Virus record (IMG/VR): IMGVR_UViG_2713896901_000004
Location: 1-11,546 of that record
DNA length: 11,546 nucleotides
Source of the DNA: a virus
Taxonomy: Duplodnaviria > Heunggongvirae > Uroviricota > Caudoviricetes
Direction: 5' to 3' (one strand)
Made by a program: the position numbers and the translations under genes. Below are positions 1 through 6,964 of this stretch, piece after piece. Within the stretch, counting starts at the first letter, position 1, and each line of letters begins with the position of its first letter. The notes beneath the pieces are model-generated. The model saw only the letters and a list, made by a program, of their open reading frames with translations. It did not search any database and was not told where the DNA came from.

Positions 1-411
1 AAGCCCGCTTGCATTGATGACCATATCCACGGTGATGTTTTCATGTGTACCGAACCTGACAAGGACAGCAGCCCGCTTGTCGTCAGATAACTGATTAAAG
101 TTAACAATTTCTGCGTCAGGTTCAGGGGCGACCGGAACAAAGGAAGCCGACACCTCATTCCAGCGGTTTTCCTGCATATATTCGGAATCCCAGGAATCGA
201 GAGCAGGGCGGGCCATGCCGGGTTTATCCTCGCAGACAAGAAATTTATAAGCACAGTCCTGAGCTTCCGGGTATTGTTCCAGAAATAACCAGCTAAATTT
301 GGCTCTTGCCCGGCGTTCGTCGCCTGCTTCAATGGCAGTGGCCACAGGTTTAGCGCCTTCTGCTGTTGCCTGTTCGTCCGGAATGGCGGCGCAAATAAAG
401 ACTTTACTCAT
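1..411 (-). CDS. Hypothetical prophage protein, 3' end truncated by the window edge (137 codons visible)
   Basis: Open frame on the minus strand from ATG (plus 409-411) to the window start with no stop; GAGGT about 10 nt upstream of the ATG. It has no stop in the window, so it is absent from the ORF track. Translation starts MSKVFICAAIPDEQATAEGAKPVATAIEAGDERRARAKFSWLF. Sits where ydfE lies in the K-12 Qin dicB operon, but I do not recognise the sequence. Confidence 0.55.
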   Translation of the reverse strand, partial: MSKVFICAAIPDEQATAEGAKPVATAIEAGDERRARAKFSWLFLEQYPEAQDCAYKFLVCEDKPGMARPALDSWDSEYMQENRWNEVSASFVPVAPEPDAEIVNFNQLSDDKRAAVLVRFGTHENITVDMVINASGL

Positions 412-491
412 TTTGTTTTAACCTCATTACAGATTTAAGGGTGAACAAATCCCTGCCATTGCTGGCATATAAAAATGAAATCGGATATTAA

Positions 492-695
492 TTACGGTGC
501 TGTTTTAAGTCCTGCCGGGATTTCGTTATTGTCCATATGAATAACTTTATCGACCGGATAACAGTTACCGGGAATTTTTTGCTCTGCCGCGGCAGTCATG
601 CATTCTTCCATTGAGTCATGTATGTCAATAACAAGATCAATCGGTTCACCAGAAACAAAAAAAACAGTCAGAACGAGTACAAATGCCGTATTCAT
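492..695 (-). CDS. Small membrane protein with N-terminal hydrophobic segment, YdfD-like by position and size (67 aa)
   Basis: Preferred start MNTAFVLVLTVFFVSG: its ATG (plus 693-695) overlaps the stop of the upstream dicB-like gene (692-694) as ATGA on the minus strand, implying translational coupling. The track ORF 492..749 starts 18 codons earlier but without this coupling. Position after dicB matches ydfD in K-12 Qin (from memory). Confidence 0.5.
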   Translation of the reverse strand: MNTAFVLVLTVFFVSGEPIDLVIDIHDSMEECMTAAAEQKIPGNCYPVDKVIHMDNNEIPAGLKTAP

Positions 696-880
696 TGCCT
701 GCATCCTGTTTGCATCAGACGTAAACGGGCCAGCATCGAAACAATGCATATTTTATTTAGCAGTTCCTGTTCGTGTTTTCTTTTATTAATGGCATCTTCA
801 GTAAATATCTGATTGCTGATAGTGACACCAATTTCAAAACAACCTTCAGACGTATTAACGTTTGGTAATAACGTTTCCAT
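692..880 (-). CDS. dicB: DicB-like cell division inhibitor (62 aa)
   Basis: Internal start of track ORF 692..985, with GAGGA 7 nt upstream of the ATG (plus 878-880). Translation METLLPNVNTSEGCFEIGVTISNQIFTEDAINKRKHEQELLNKICIVSMLARLRLMQTGCRQ matches my recollection of E. coli DicB in length and most residues. Lies downstream of the dicF-like sRNA, as in Qin. Confidence 0.8.
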   Translation of the reverse strand: METLLPNVNTSEGCFEIGVTISNQIFTEDAINKRKHEQELLNKICIVSMLARLRLMQTGCRQ

Positions 881-1049
881 TATCGCGTCCTCAACAATGA
901 ATTTTGTGATGCGGTGCCTGGTGCCTCCAGGTGACGTTAACCAGTTAACAATTAACGCCGGATACAGAGAATCCACCCATAACACTGTTTTTAGCTTTAA
1001 CTGTTCCGCGTGCGCTTAGCCGCATTCACCGCATCACAAAATTCACTTT

Positions 1050-1105
1050 AAAAAGGGCGGACATCAGTTCATGGGCAAACAGATGCCGCCAAACGTCACC
1101 AGAAA
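1050..1105 (-). ncRNA. dicF: DicF-like Hfq-dependent sRNA
   Basis: Minus-strand sequence TTTCTGGTGACGTTTGGCGG... ends in a GC hairpin (GGCGG...CCGCC) followed by TTTTT. The 5' 20 nt match my memory of the K-12 DicF seed that targets ftsZ mRNA; the 3' hairpin differs. Located between ydfC and dicB as in Qin. Ends approximate. Confidence 0.7.
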
Positions 1106-1445
1106 ATTGATAACAGAGGGCGTTGCAGCGGGGTTGTCACTTAAGCGTATGGTCAACCTGACAACCCGGTGTCCTCAACGGGGAAGGAATAACCCCGCCA
1201 TACTTACCGCCGCGCCATTTCGCGGAGTGCCACAACCGGAAGCGCACGGTCGACGAAAATTTAACGACAGGCTATCTATGAACCAGCTACCTCGCCGTGC
1301 GCTTTCGCGTTATGGTCTGACTTTTCAGGGAAATATCCTTTCAGTAAACTGTCTGTGCCGGATGCTCACCCGTGTCCGGCGCACGCACTCCACCTCACCC
1401 GTGGAGAACTCCTTAATTACCAACCTTAGCTTCGTTGGTTAGCTA

Positions 1446-1664
1446 TTAACGCGGGTATGTAATCATTCTGGCAATGCTTAATGCCGCTGCTTTTTCCAGC
1501 CTGGTGATATCCTGCTCCAGAGCGGACAGATTTTCAGCCTGCTTATCCCTGGCTTCATTGGCCCATTTCAGATCCTGCGCTGCATTAATTTTCTGGCGCA
1601 TCCACTCATAAAGTTCATCATCGGTATAGTCTGGCGCGATGATGACGGGTTCTCGTTTCTGCAT
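1446..1664 (-). CDS. ydfC: YdfC-like small prophage protein (72 aa)
   Basis: Track ORF; GAGGA 6 nt upstream of the ATG (plus 1662-1664). Translation MQKREPVIIAPDYTDDELYEWMRQKINAAQDLKWANEARDKQAENLSALEQ; size and position match YdfC of the Qin dicB operon (recall). Confidence 0.65.
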   Translation of the reverse strand: MQKREPVIIAPDYTDDELYEWMRQKINAAQDLKWANEARDKQAENLSALEQDITRLEKAAALSIARMITYPR

Positions 1665-1693
1665 ACTGATTCCTCGCGGTGCTGCTTCGCTTA

Positions 1694-1822
1694 TCAGCCG
1701 TTAGATTTTGCCGAGCTGGAAAGCGCCTGTTTAAACTCACTGAAGCTGAGAGCTTCTTCGCCTTCGGCAAGGCCTTCGAAGTATTCTTCGTAAGCCTTTT
1801 CCATGATTGTGTCGAAATCCAT
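1694..1822 (-). CDS. ydfB: YdfB-like small protein (42 aa), below the ORF-track size cutoff
   Basis: Minus-strand ORF MDFDTIMEKAYEEYFEGLAEGEEALSFSEFKQALSSSAKSNG with AGGTGAG just upstream of the ATG (plus 1820-1822) and tandem stops (TGA TAA). Fills the gap between the ydfA-like and ydfC-like genes; size matches YdfB (recall). Confidence 0.65.
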   Translation of the reverse strand: MDFDTIMEKAYEEYFEGLAEGEEALSFSEFKQALSSSAKSNG

Positions 1823-1823
1823 A

Positions 1824-1979
1824 TCACTCACCTGAGTTTCTTTCCAGCCAGCGACGCGCGCCAGATTCGGTTTTAAACGTTTTGCTTTTGGTATACGTCA
1901 TCGCGGTGAACGTGCCGTCCTGGTTTGGGAACACGCCGCATACCAGAGATTCGTTGTTACCAAGATCGATAGTATCCAT
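1824..1979 (-). CDS. ydfA: YdfA-like small protein (51 aa, DUF1391-like)
   Basis: Internal start of track ORF 1824..2084: ATG (plus 1977-1979) preceded by GAGGT at 5-nt spacing. Translation MDTIDLGNNESLVCGVFPNQDGTFTAMTYTKSKTFKTESGARRWLERNSGE; a 51-aa product matches YdfA (recall). Confidence 0.7.
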   Translation of the reverse strand: MDTIDLGNNESLVCGVFPNQDGTFTAMTYTKSKTFKTESGARRWLERNSGE

Positions 1980-2055
1980 ATTGACCTCATTTCCCCTTAA
2001 CGCCGGGTAGCGGAACTGTTTGCTGAGAACACCGTGCGGTGTCTTGATGGGTGGT

Positions 2056-2084
2056 AATTTAGTTTTCTCATGAATGTTGGTCAA
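2056..2084 (-). promoter_or_regulatory. Candidate sigma70 promoter for the ydfA-ydfB-ydfC-dicF-dicB operon
   Basis: On the minus strand: TTGACC (plus 2079-2084), 17-nt spacer, TAAATT (plus 2056-2061). An inverted-repeat motif TGAGAAAACTCA (2095-2106) lies just upstream of the -35. Confidence 0.4.
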
Positions 2085-2168
2085 GTATTTTTAATGAGAA
2101 AACTCAATATTTAATGCAAAATAAAGCCAATACATTGAAATGTAAGGCTTTAAAATTTGTGAAGGGGG

Positions 2169-2576
2169 TTACTGATGTTTGTTACGTTTGCGAGCTTCTA
2201 GTAGCTCGGTGAATAGGCGATTAAAATTCTCAACGCGGGCACGGAGTTCGCTGATTTGTGCTTGCTGCTCTGATTTTGGAAGTGCGCGATACAATCGCAA
2301 CATCTCCAACTCATCTTCCGATAAGTCTAAGGCGCTGTTGAGTGCAACTGGTGGATCTGGTGTTTTATCCTCGTCACCAAACAGTATCCAAGTTGGTGAA
2401 CATTGCAATACCTCAGCCAGGCGATGCAAATTTTGCCCGCGCGGGGCTGTATGGTCGCTTTCCCATAGTGAAATTGATGAGCCAGATACGCCAGCGGCTT
2501 TGCTTAAATCGTTTTGACTTAAACCAACCTGTTTGCGTCTTTCTCTAATTCGTTGACCTAAAGTTTTCTCGTTCAT
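2169..2576 (-). CDS. dicA: DicA-like HTH (XRE-family) prophage repressor, 135 aa, no peptidase domain
   Basis: Track ORF. N-terminal HTH (QRIRERRKQVGLSQNDLSKAAGVSGSSISLWE) and the stretch VLQCSPTWILFGDEDK match my memory of E. coli K-12 DicA; same length (135 aa). Divergent from a Cro-like gene. Confidence 0.85.
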   Translation of the reverse strand: MNEKTLGQRIRERRKQVGLSQNDLSKAAGVSGSSISLWESDHTAPRGQNLHRLAEVLQCSPTWILFGDEDKTPDPPVALNSALDLSEDELEMLRLYRALPKSEQQAQISELRARVENFNRLFTELLEARKRNKHQ

Positions 2577-2653
2577 ATTTAGATATCTTAATAACCCTTG
2601 ACTTGAGATTCCTTGAGTGATTACTATTGAGAAAACTCAACTTTGGAGGGGTG
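2577..2653. promoter_or_regulatory. Divergent dicA/dicC intergenic control region with candidate rightward promoter and operator half-sites
   Basis: Rightward TTGACT (2598-2603), 18-nt spacer, TACTAT (2622-2627). Three TTGAG direct repeats and the inverted repeat TGAGAAAACTCA (2628-2639) overlap the -10 and start region. The same 12-mer recurs at 2095-2106. Confidence 0.5.
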
Positions 2654-2881
2654 ATGTTTAAATCAGACGTAATTAATTTTTATGGGACGAAAGCCAAAGT
2701 AGCGAAAGCTGCTGGTGTTGATCCATCTGCTGTTTCTCAATGGGGGGAACTGGTTCCTGAAGGTCGCGCGATGCGCCTGCAAGAGGCGTCCGGCGGGGAA
2801 CTTCAGTACGACCCCAAAGTTTATGACGAATATCGTAAGGCAAAGCGGGCGGGGCGGTTGAACAATGAAAATCACCCCTGA
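2654..2881 (+). CDS. dicC: Cro/DicC-like small DNA-binding protein (75 aa)
   Basis: ATG at 2654 with GGAGG 4 nt upstream; the track ORF begins at an upstream TTG (2627). Translation MFKSDVINFYGTKAKVAKAAGVDPSAVSQWGELVPEGRAMRLQEASGGELQYDPKVY resembles DicC/YdaS-type Cro-like proteins (recall). Divergent from dicA. Confidence 0.75.
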   Translation: MFKSDVINFYGTKAKVAKAAGVDPSAVSQWGELVPEGRAMRLQEASGGELQYDPKVYDEYRKAKRAGRLNNENHP

Positions 2882-3416
2882 ACAGGTTTGTGAGGCTCTG
2901 GATGCCTGGGTATGTCGACCAGGAATGACACAGGAGCAGGCGACGATATTAATCACGGAAGCATTCTGGGCTCTGAAAGAACGCCCGAACATCGATGTTC
3001 AACGCGTCACGTTTAATGATGGCGAGGTTGATCAACGGGCGCTGGGCGTTAACCGGGTGAAGATATTCGAACGCTGGAAAGCTATCGACACCAGGGATAA
3101 GCGGGAAAAATTCACGGCGCTGATTCCGGCAATTATGGAGGCTATCCGGATCAGCGATTTCAGGTTGTATTGTGAAATTACTGACGGAAAAAGCATTACG
3201 TACATGATCGCCGGGTTAAACAAAGAATATGGCGATGTGGTGGAGTCCGGGCTGCTTTTTGCGGATCCATCTGTTGTGGAACGTGAGACTGACGAGCTTA
3301 TAGAAAAAGCTATTGCTTTCAAGCATGCGTATCGTCAGCAATATCAATATTACTTTGCAGATAAACAAATGTCTGCCAGGGGTTCGTATGAGTATCGATG
3401 CACTACGATGGGCTAA
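2865..3416 (+). CDS. YdaT-like prophage protein occupying the CII position (183 aa)
   Basis: Track ORF; its start overlaps the end of the Cro-like gene by 17 nt. The motif REKFTALIPAIMEAI resembles YdaT-family proteins that follow Cro-like genes in Rac-type prophages (recall, unverified). Confidence 0.55.
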   Translation: MKITPEQVCEALDAWVCRPGMTQEQATILITEAFWALKERPNIDVQRVTFNDGEVDQRALGVNRVKIFERWKAIDTRDKREKFTALIPAIMEAIRISDFRLYCEITDGKSITYMIAGLNKEYGDVVESGLLFADPSVVERETDELIEKAIAFKHAYRQQYQYYFADKQMSARGSYEYRCTTMG

Positions 3417-4428
3417 AAAGGTGAAAACCGGCAGTTCATCCAGTAAGTCTGTATTGACCTGGCTTGCTGATATGTGCGGTGCCGATTTGTGTGCATACCC
3501 GTCTGTATCTGCACTGGCAGAAGTAACGGAACTGAACAAAAAGACTGTGCAGGACAGCTTACGACACCTGATGGAGATTGGGTTAATTGTTGATACCGGT
3601 GAGAGAAAAGGCAGAACAAAGCAAATTGTGGTGTACCGACTTATCGGTGTAGAAGAAAGTGTTGCCGAGCCTGAATACACCCAAAAACGGGAGTCTTTAA
3701 AGGTGGGTAAAATTGGTGCTGTTAATAAAAACAGTACCGAAAATGGTTATGTTTCAGCACAAAACAGACCCAAAAACGGAACTCTTAGCTGCATGGAAAA
3801 TAACCAAAGACACCCAAATTTTCCATCAAAGACACCCAAAAACGGATCACGGAACCCAAAGGAACCCAAAGATCTAAACCCCACACATAACGCACGCGAG
3901 AGTGCTCCGACCAGTGAGCAGGAAGTTTTATCGTTACAGGCAGCACCCCTTGTATTCCTGGATGGCCTGAGCGAACCCATCGGAAAATTTCCGATGACCG
4001 ATAGCTGGTATCCGTCACGGGATTTTCGACGACGGGCTGCGTTGTGGGGGATGGCTTTGCCGGAGACAGAATTTACACCTGCTGAACTTGCCGCCTTCCG
4101 GGACTACTGGGCAGCGGAGGGGAAAGTGTTTACGCAGATTCAGTGGGAGCAGAAATTCGCCCGTCACGTAAATCACGTCAGGGCGCAGGTTAAACCAGTC
4201 AGCAAGGGGGTAAGCCATGCAGCAGCACCAGGTAGTACCGCATCACGGGCAGTTCAGGAAATTCGGGCCGCACGTGAGCAGTGGGAACGTGAAAACGGAT
4301 TTATCAGCGACGGAAACGGCGTGGAAGTTGTGGGAGCTCATGGGGGAGGTTTATTCAAACCGCTGGACTCAGAAGAACGGGGCCGCACCTTCGACGCTCT
4401 GGATTGCACAGATTGGCGCGATGACTGA
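3388..4428 (+). CDS. Replication initiator candidate: N-terminal winged-helix domain, low-complexity linker, C-terminal DnaT-like domain (346 aa from the chosen start)
   Basis: Track ORF 3313..4428 starts at a TTG; I prefer ATG 3388 (MSIDALRWAKKVKTG...), which overlaps the upstream gene's 3' end. The linker coding region holds ACCCAAA iterons (3768-3870). Domain assignment is from pattern recall. Confidence 0.6.
   Translation: MSIDALRWAKKVKTGSSSSKSVLTWLADMCGADLCAYPSVSALAEVTELNKKTVQDSLRHLMEIGLIVDTGERKGRTKQIVVYRLIGVEESVAEPEYTQKRESLKVGKIGAVNKNSTENGYVSAQNRPKNGTLSCMENNQRHPNFPSKTPKNGSRNPKEPKDLNPTHNARESAPTSEQEVLSLQAAPLVFLDGLSEPIGKFPMTDSWYPSRDFRRRAALWGMALPETEFTPAELAAFRDYWAAEGKVFTQIQWEQKFARHVNHVRAQVKPVSKGVSHAAAPGSTASRAVQEIRAAREQWERENGFISDGNGVEVVGAHGGGLFKPLDSEERGRTFDALDCTDWRDD
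3760..3875. repeat. Iteron-like direct repeats (ACCCAAA core, 5 copies) inside the initiator gene; candidate replication origin
   Basis: ACCCAAA at 3768, 3812, 3834, 3854 and 3864. CAAAGACACCCAAA is exact at 3805-3818 and 3827-3840; ACCCAAAAACGGA is exact at 3768-3780 and 3834-3846; GGAACCCAAA is tandem at 3851-3870. Moderately AT-rich flank at 3715-3765. Resembles ori-lambda inside gene O. Confidence 0.45.
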
Positions 4429-4882
4429 GCAGCAAATCCGGCAGGTCTGCCGCCAGTGCATGGACCGCTGCCGGGCGGGTGAAACATGGCCCCCGGACCT
4501 GGCTGAGTTTGTGGCGCTGATTTCGGAAAGCGGGGCCAACCCATTTGGTCTGACTGTGGATGCCGTGATGGAAGAATACCGCCGCTGGCGCAATGAGTCA
4601 TGGCGATACGACGGAAGCGATAAATATCCGTGGTCACAGCCCGTGCTGTATCACATTTGCCTCGAGATGCGTTCAAAGGGGATTGAACGCCAGATGACCG
4701 AAGGGGAATTAAAACGGTTTGCAGAACGGCAGCTGACGAAATGGGCAAAGCATGTTAGTAACGGCCTGAGCGTTCCGCCAGTACGGCGACAACTGGCGGC
4801 ACCAAAACGCCCGTTGGGACCAACGCCAATTGAGTTGCTGAAACAGGAGTATGAACGCCGGAAAGCGGCTGGTTTTGTCTGA
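4421..4882 (+). CDS. Replication P-family (helicase-loader-like) protein candidate (153 aa)
   Basis: ATG 4421 overlaps the initiator stop (4426-4428) as ATGACTGA, implying coupling; the track ORF 4217..4882 starts earlier inside the initiator gene. Family call rests on position after the initiator and on recall; no Walker A motif, so not DnaC-like. Confidence 0.45.
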   Translation: MTEQQIRQVCRQCMDRCRAGETWPPDLAEFVALISESGANPFGLTVDAVMEEYRRWRNESWRYDGSDKYPWSQPVLYHICLEMRSKGIERQMTEGELKRFAERQLTKWAKHVSNGLSVPPVRRQLAAPKRPLGPTPIELLKQEYERRKAAGFV

Positions 4883-4916
4883 TTTGAGAAGTAATTTTTA
4901 CCGGGAGGAAATTTTA

Positions 4917-5678
4917 ATGGAAACCGTTTTTGATGCACTGAAAGCAATGGGAAAAGCCACGTCGGTAGAACTGGCTACGCGACTTGATATCAGTCGTGAA
5001 GAAGTGCTGAACGAGCTGTGGGAACTGAAAAAGGCTGGCTTCGTTGATAAAAGCGTATACACCTGGCGTGTGGCTTATAACAACGTTCAGCAGGAACAGC
5101 CAGCGCCGGCAGAACTGCCGGAAGAAACCACCACGGCAACAGTCGCTAAAATTTCGGAGAACGATTTAACTGCGACGATTGAACAACGTGGACCACAAAC
5201 GGCGGATGAACTGGCTACGCTGTTCGGTACCACATCCCGCAAAGTGGCTTCAACGCTGGCAATGGCAATCAGCAAAGGTCGTCTGATTCGTGTAAACCAG
5301 AACGGTAAATTTCGTTACTGCATACCGGGTGATAATTTACCAGCAGAGCCGAAAGTTGAATCGGTAGCGGAAACCGATGGTAAAGCCTTTCCTCAGCCAG
5401 CAGGTGTTGCGTTACCAGTACAGGAAGCTGCAACACAGGAAGATATTAAAACAGGAACTGTGGCTGATATTGTGCAATCGTTGCCATCGTTTACTGAAAC
5501 GCGAGCGGATGACCTGGTTTTACCATCGCTGCATATGGCAAACCGCGAATTGCGTCGGGCGAAAAGTCATGTCCAGAAGTGGGAGCGAGTCTGCGCCGCG
5601 CTGCGGGAGCTGAACAAGCACCGGGATATTGTTCGACAGATTACTGATTCTTCTCGCTGTGTTGCATCGGAAAAGTGA
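4917..5678 (+). CDS. Hypothetical protein with two tandem winged-helix-like segments (253 aa)
   Basis: ATG 4917 has GGAGG 8 nt upstream; the track ORF starts at 4851. Two similar segments (about residues 1-60 and 95-150) each look like a wHTH: ...[28 protein letters not shown]... and ...[30 protein letters not shown].... Confidence 0.6.
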   Translation: METVFDALKAMGKATSVELATRLDISREEVLNELWELKKAGFVDKSVYTWRVAYNNVQQEQPAPAELPEETTTATVAKISENDLTATIEQRGPQTADELATLFGTTSRKVASTLAMAISKGRLIRVNQNGKFRYCIPGDNLPAEPKVESVAETDGKAFPQPAGVALPVQEAATQEDIKTGTVADIVQSLPSFTETRADDLVLPSLHMANRELRRAKSHVQKWERVCAALRELNKHRDIVRQITDSSRCVASEK

Positions 5679-5693
5679 TTGCCGGAGGCGCTT

Positions 5694-6185
5694 ATGGCAA
5701 AAGTATTTACACAAGAAGAGCGGGAAAAAATCAAGGGGCAGGTTGTTGAACTCGTGCGCCAGAGTGGGCGCGAGACGTTACGACAACTGGAAGCCAAGAC
5801 AGGTGCGACAAGATATCTGATGAGCATTCTCGCCAGAGAGCTGGTTGCCAGTGGTGATGTATACAACTCTGGCTACGGGTTATTCCCGTCTGAACAGGCC
5901 CGTAAGGACTGGCAAAACGCCCGCAAAAAACTATCCAGGGCTAAGGTGAAAAAAACGGTTGTGGTTGATCCTGACCTTATCTGGTCATTACCAGACGGAG
6001 AAATACGCCGCTACGACAGGCGTCAAAACATAATCTGTAGCGAGTGCCGGAAGAGCGAAGTTATGCAGCGCGTGCTGGCGTTTTATCAAGGAGGTGGCGC
6101 TGTGAGTGAAATTAGCTATCAGGCTTCAATTGCCGCTGGCATTCGCATCAAAGGAGAGGAGCATGGAAATAAAACCAGAAGATGA
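5694..6185 (+). CDS. Hypothetical prophage protein (163 aa)
   Basis: ATG 5694 with GGAGG upstream; the track ORF begins at 5679. No family recognised. Its 3' end overlaps the next gene by 23 nt. Confidence 0.55.
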   Translation: MAKVFTQEEREKIKGQVVELVRQSGRETLRQLEAKTGATRYLMSILARELVASGDVYNSGYGLFPSEQARKDWQNARKKLSRAKVKKTVVVDPDLIWSLPDGEIRRYDRRQNIICSECRKSEVMQRVLAFYQGGGAVSEISYQASIAAGIRIKGEEHGNKTRR

Positions 6186-6519
6186 GTTAAGTAATATTGT
6201 TTTATTTCCGGTAAAAGAGGATGACCCACGTAATCAGGTTAATTTTCTTTATGAGCCATCGAAAAGACCATATTGTCATCACGCCTCTGTCCGTGTTGAC
6301 GAAAAAGAGCGTCAGGTCCGCTGTAAAATCTGCGGTGCAGTTGTGGAGCCATTTGACTGGATGCTCTCTGTGGCGAAAAGAGAAACCAGACTGGCAGATG
6401 ATGTAAGGCTCTTGCGCCAGGAGGAACGGGAAAGGCGGAGAAATATAGAAAAGCTAATTCAGATTGAGCGTAACGCGAAAGCGCGGATACGCAGGGCGGC
6501 AAAATCAAGAACTGAATAA
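6163..6519 (+). CDS. Hypothetical protein with a Cys/His cluster and a basic coiled-coil-like tail (118 aa)
   Basis: ATG 6163 (MEIKPEDEL...) with GGAGAGGAG upstream; the track ORF starts at 6106. Motif C-H-H...C-x2-C (YCHHASVRVDEKERQVRCKICG), then an R/E-rich C-terminus. Confidence 0.5.
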   Translation: MEIKPEDELSNIVLFPVKEDDPRNQVNFLYEPSKRPYCHHASVRVDEKERQVRCKICGAVVEPFDWMLSVAKRETRLADDVRLLRQEERERRRNIEKLIQIERNAKARIRRAAKSRTE

Positions 6520-6612
6520 TTAAATTTAGCACTGTTAAAAATTTAATCCTTAACCGGAGGGATTTCTGCACCCTCAGAACATCAGGAGGCCGTTCGAAAT
6601 GGCGGTAGTGAA

Positions 6613-6795
6613 ATGCGAAAATTCAAAATAATTATTGAAACGGGAATAGCTGGTGGAGATTTTGAGGATGTATTCGAAGTAGATGATGACGCAACACCTG
6701 ATGAAATTCATGACGAAGCAAAAGAAATTTTCTTTAACTACTGCAATTACTCATATCACGAAATAAAAGGCGAGGAGGAAGAACAAAATGGCTGA
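6613..6795 (+). CDS. Small, strongly acidic hypothetical protein (60 aa)
   Basis: Track ORF; 18 of 60 residues are D/E, with a terminal EEEEQ run. No good SD directly upstream; instead AGGAGG (6584-6589) serves a 10-codon ORF (6599-6631) that overlaps this start out of frame. Confidence 0.4.
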   Translation: MRKFKIIIETGIAGGDFEDVFEVDDDATPDEIHDEAKEIFFNYCNYSYHEIKGEEEEQNG

Positions 6796-6964
6796 TTTTG
6801 GTTCAACTAAATACAACGTCAGTTTTGAAGAATGGCATGAACTGTTAATGGATTATGCAGAGTTACGTGGTGGAAGTGCTGCTGATGCTGAAGCCTGGCG
6901 TGATGACTACGAAGCAGGAAAAACACCTGTCGAAGCATATTGTGATGAGTGGGGCGATGAATGA
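6788..6964 (+). CDS. Small, strongly acidic hypothetical protein (58 aa), below the ORF-track cutoff
   Basis: ATG 6788 preceded by GAGGAGGAA. Translation MADFGSTKYNVSFEEWHELLMDYAELRGGSAADAEAWRDDYEAGKTPVEAYCDEWGDE. Its stop overlaps the next gene's start as ATGA (6961-6964), and its start overlaps the end of the previous acidic ORF. Confidence 0.5.
   Translation: MADFGSTKYNVSFEEWHELLMDYAELRGGSAADAEAWRDDYEAGKTPVEAYCDEWGDE

Noticed and set aside
1071-1442. Track ORF, plus strand, 123 aa (MGKQMPPNVTRKL...)
   Set aside because: It lies antisense to the DicF-like sRNA and the dicF precursor region, is Arg-rich with no SD, and falls in a stretch that is non-coding in the Qin dicB operon. Judged spurious.
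1618-2010. Track ORFs 1618..1827 (-), 1679..1876 (+) and 1807..2010 (+)
   Set aside because: They overlap the better-supported minus-strand ydfB-like and ydfA-like genes (SDs, sizes matching known genes) in other frames or on the opposite strand, and have no SDs of their own.
2179-2548. Plus-strand ORFs 2179..2517 and 2342..2548
   Set aside because: Antisense to the DicA-like repressor gene; Ser/Arg-rich and lacking SDs.
2627-2653. Upstream TTG start (2627) for the Cro-like gene
   Set aside because: ATG 2654 has a properly spaced GGAGG and gives a 75-aa product of DicC-like size; the TTG would sit inside the promoter and operator.
3313-3387. Longer start (TTG 3313 or ATG 3325) for the replication initiator
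   Set aside because: The extension (MLSSMRIVSNINITLQINKCLPGVR) precedes the recognisable wHTH N-terminus and lies fully inside the upstream gene; ATG 3388 is preferred, though not proven.
3032-4218. Minus-strand ORFs 3032..3322, 3216..3680, 3413..3619, 3747..3980, 3785..4018 and 4015..4218
   Set aside because: All are antisense to the YdaT-like or initiator genes, Ser/Cys/Arg-rich, and lack start signals; typical shadow ORFs.
4217-4420. Long form of the P-like ORF starting at 4217
   Set aside because: The first 68 codons lie inside the initiator gene in another frame; ATG 4421 overlaps the initiator stop (ATGACTGA), a typical coupled start.
4338-6571. Assorted antisense or overlapping track ORFs (4338..4748 -, 4369..4593 -, 4651..4947 -, 5087..5275 -, 5377..5613 +, 5520..5714 -, 5567..5866 -, 5629..5820 +, 6221..6406 +, 6239..6571 -)
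   Set aside because: Each overlaps a longer, SD-supported plus-strand gene in a different frame or strand and has low-complexity composition; none has convincing initiation signals.
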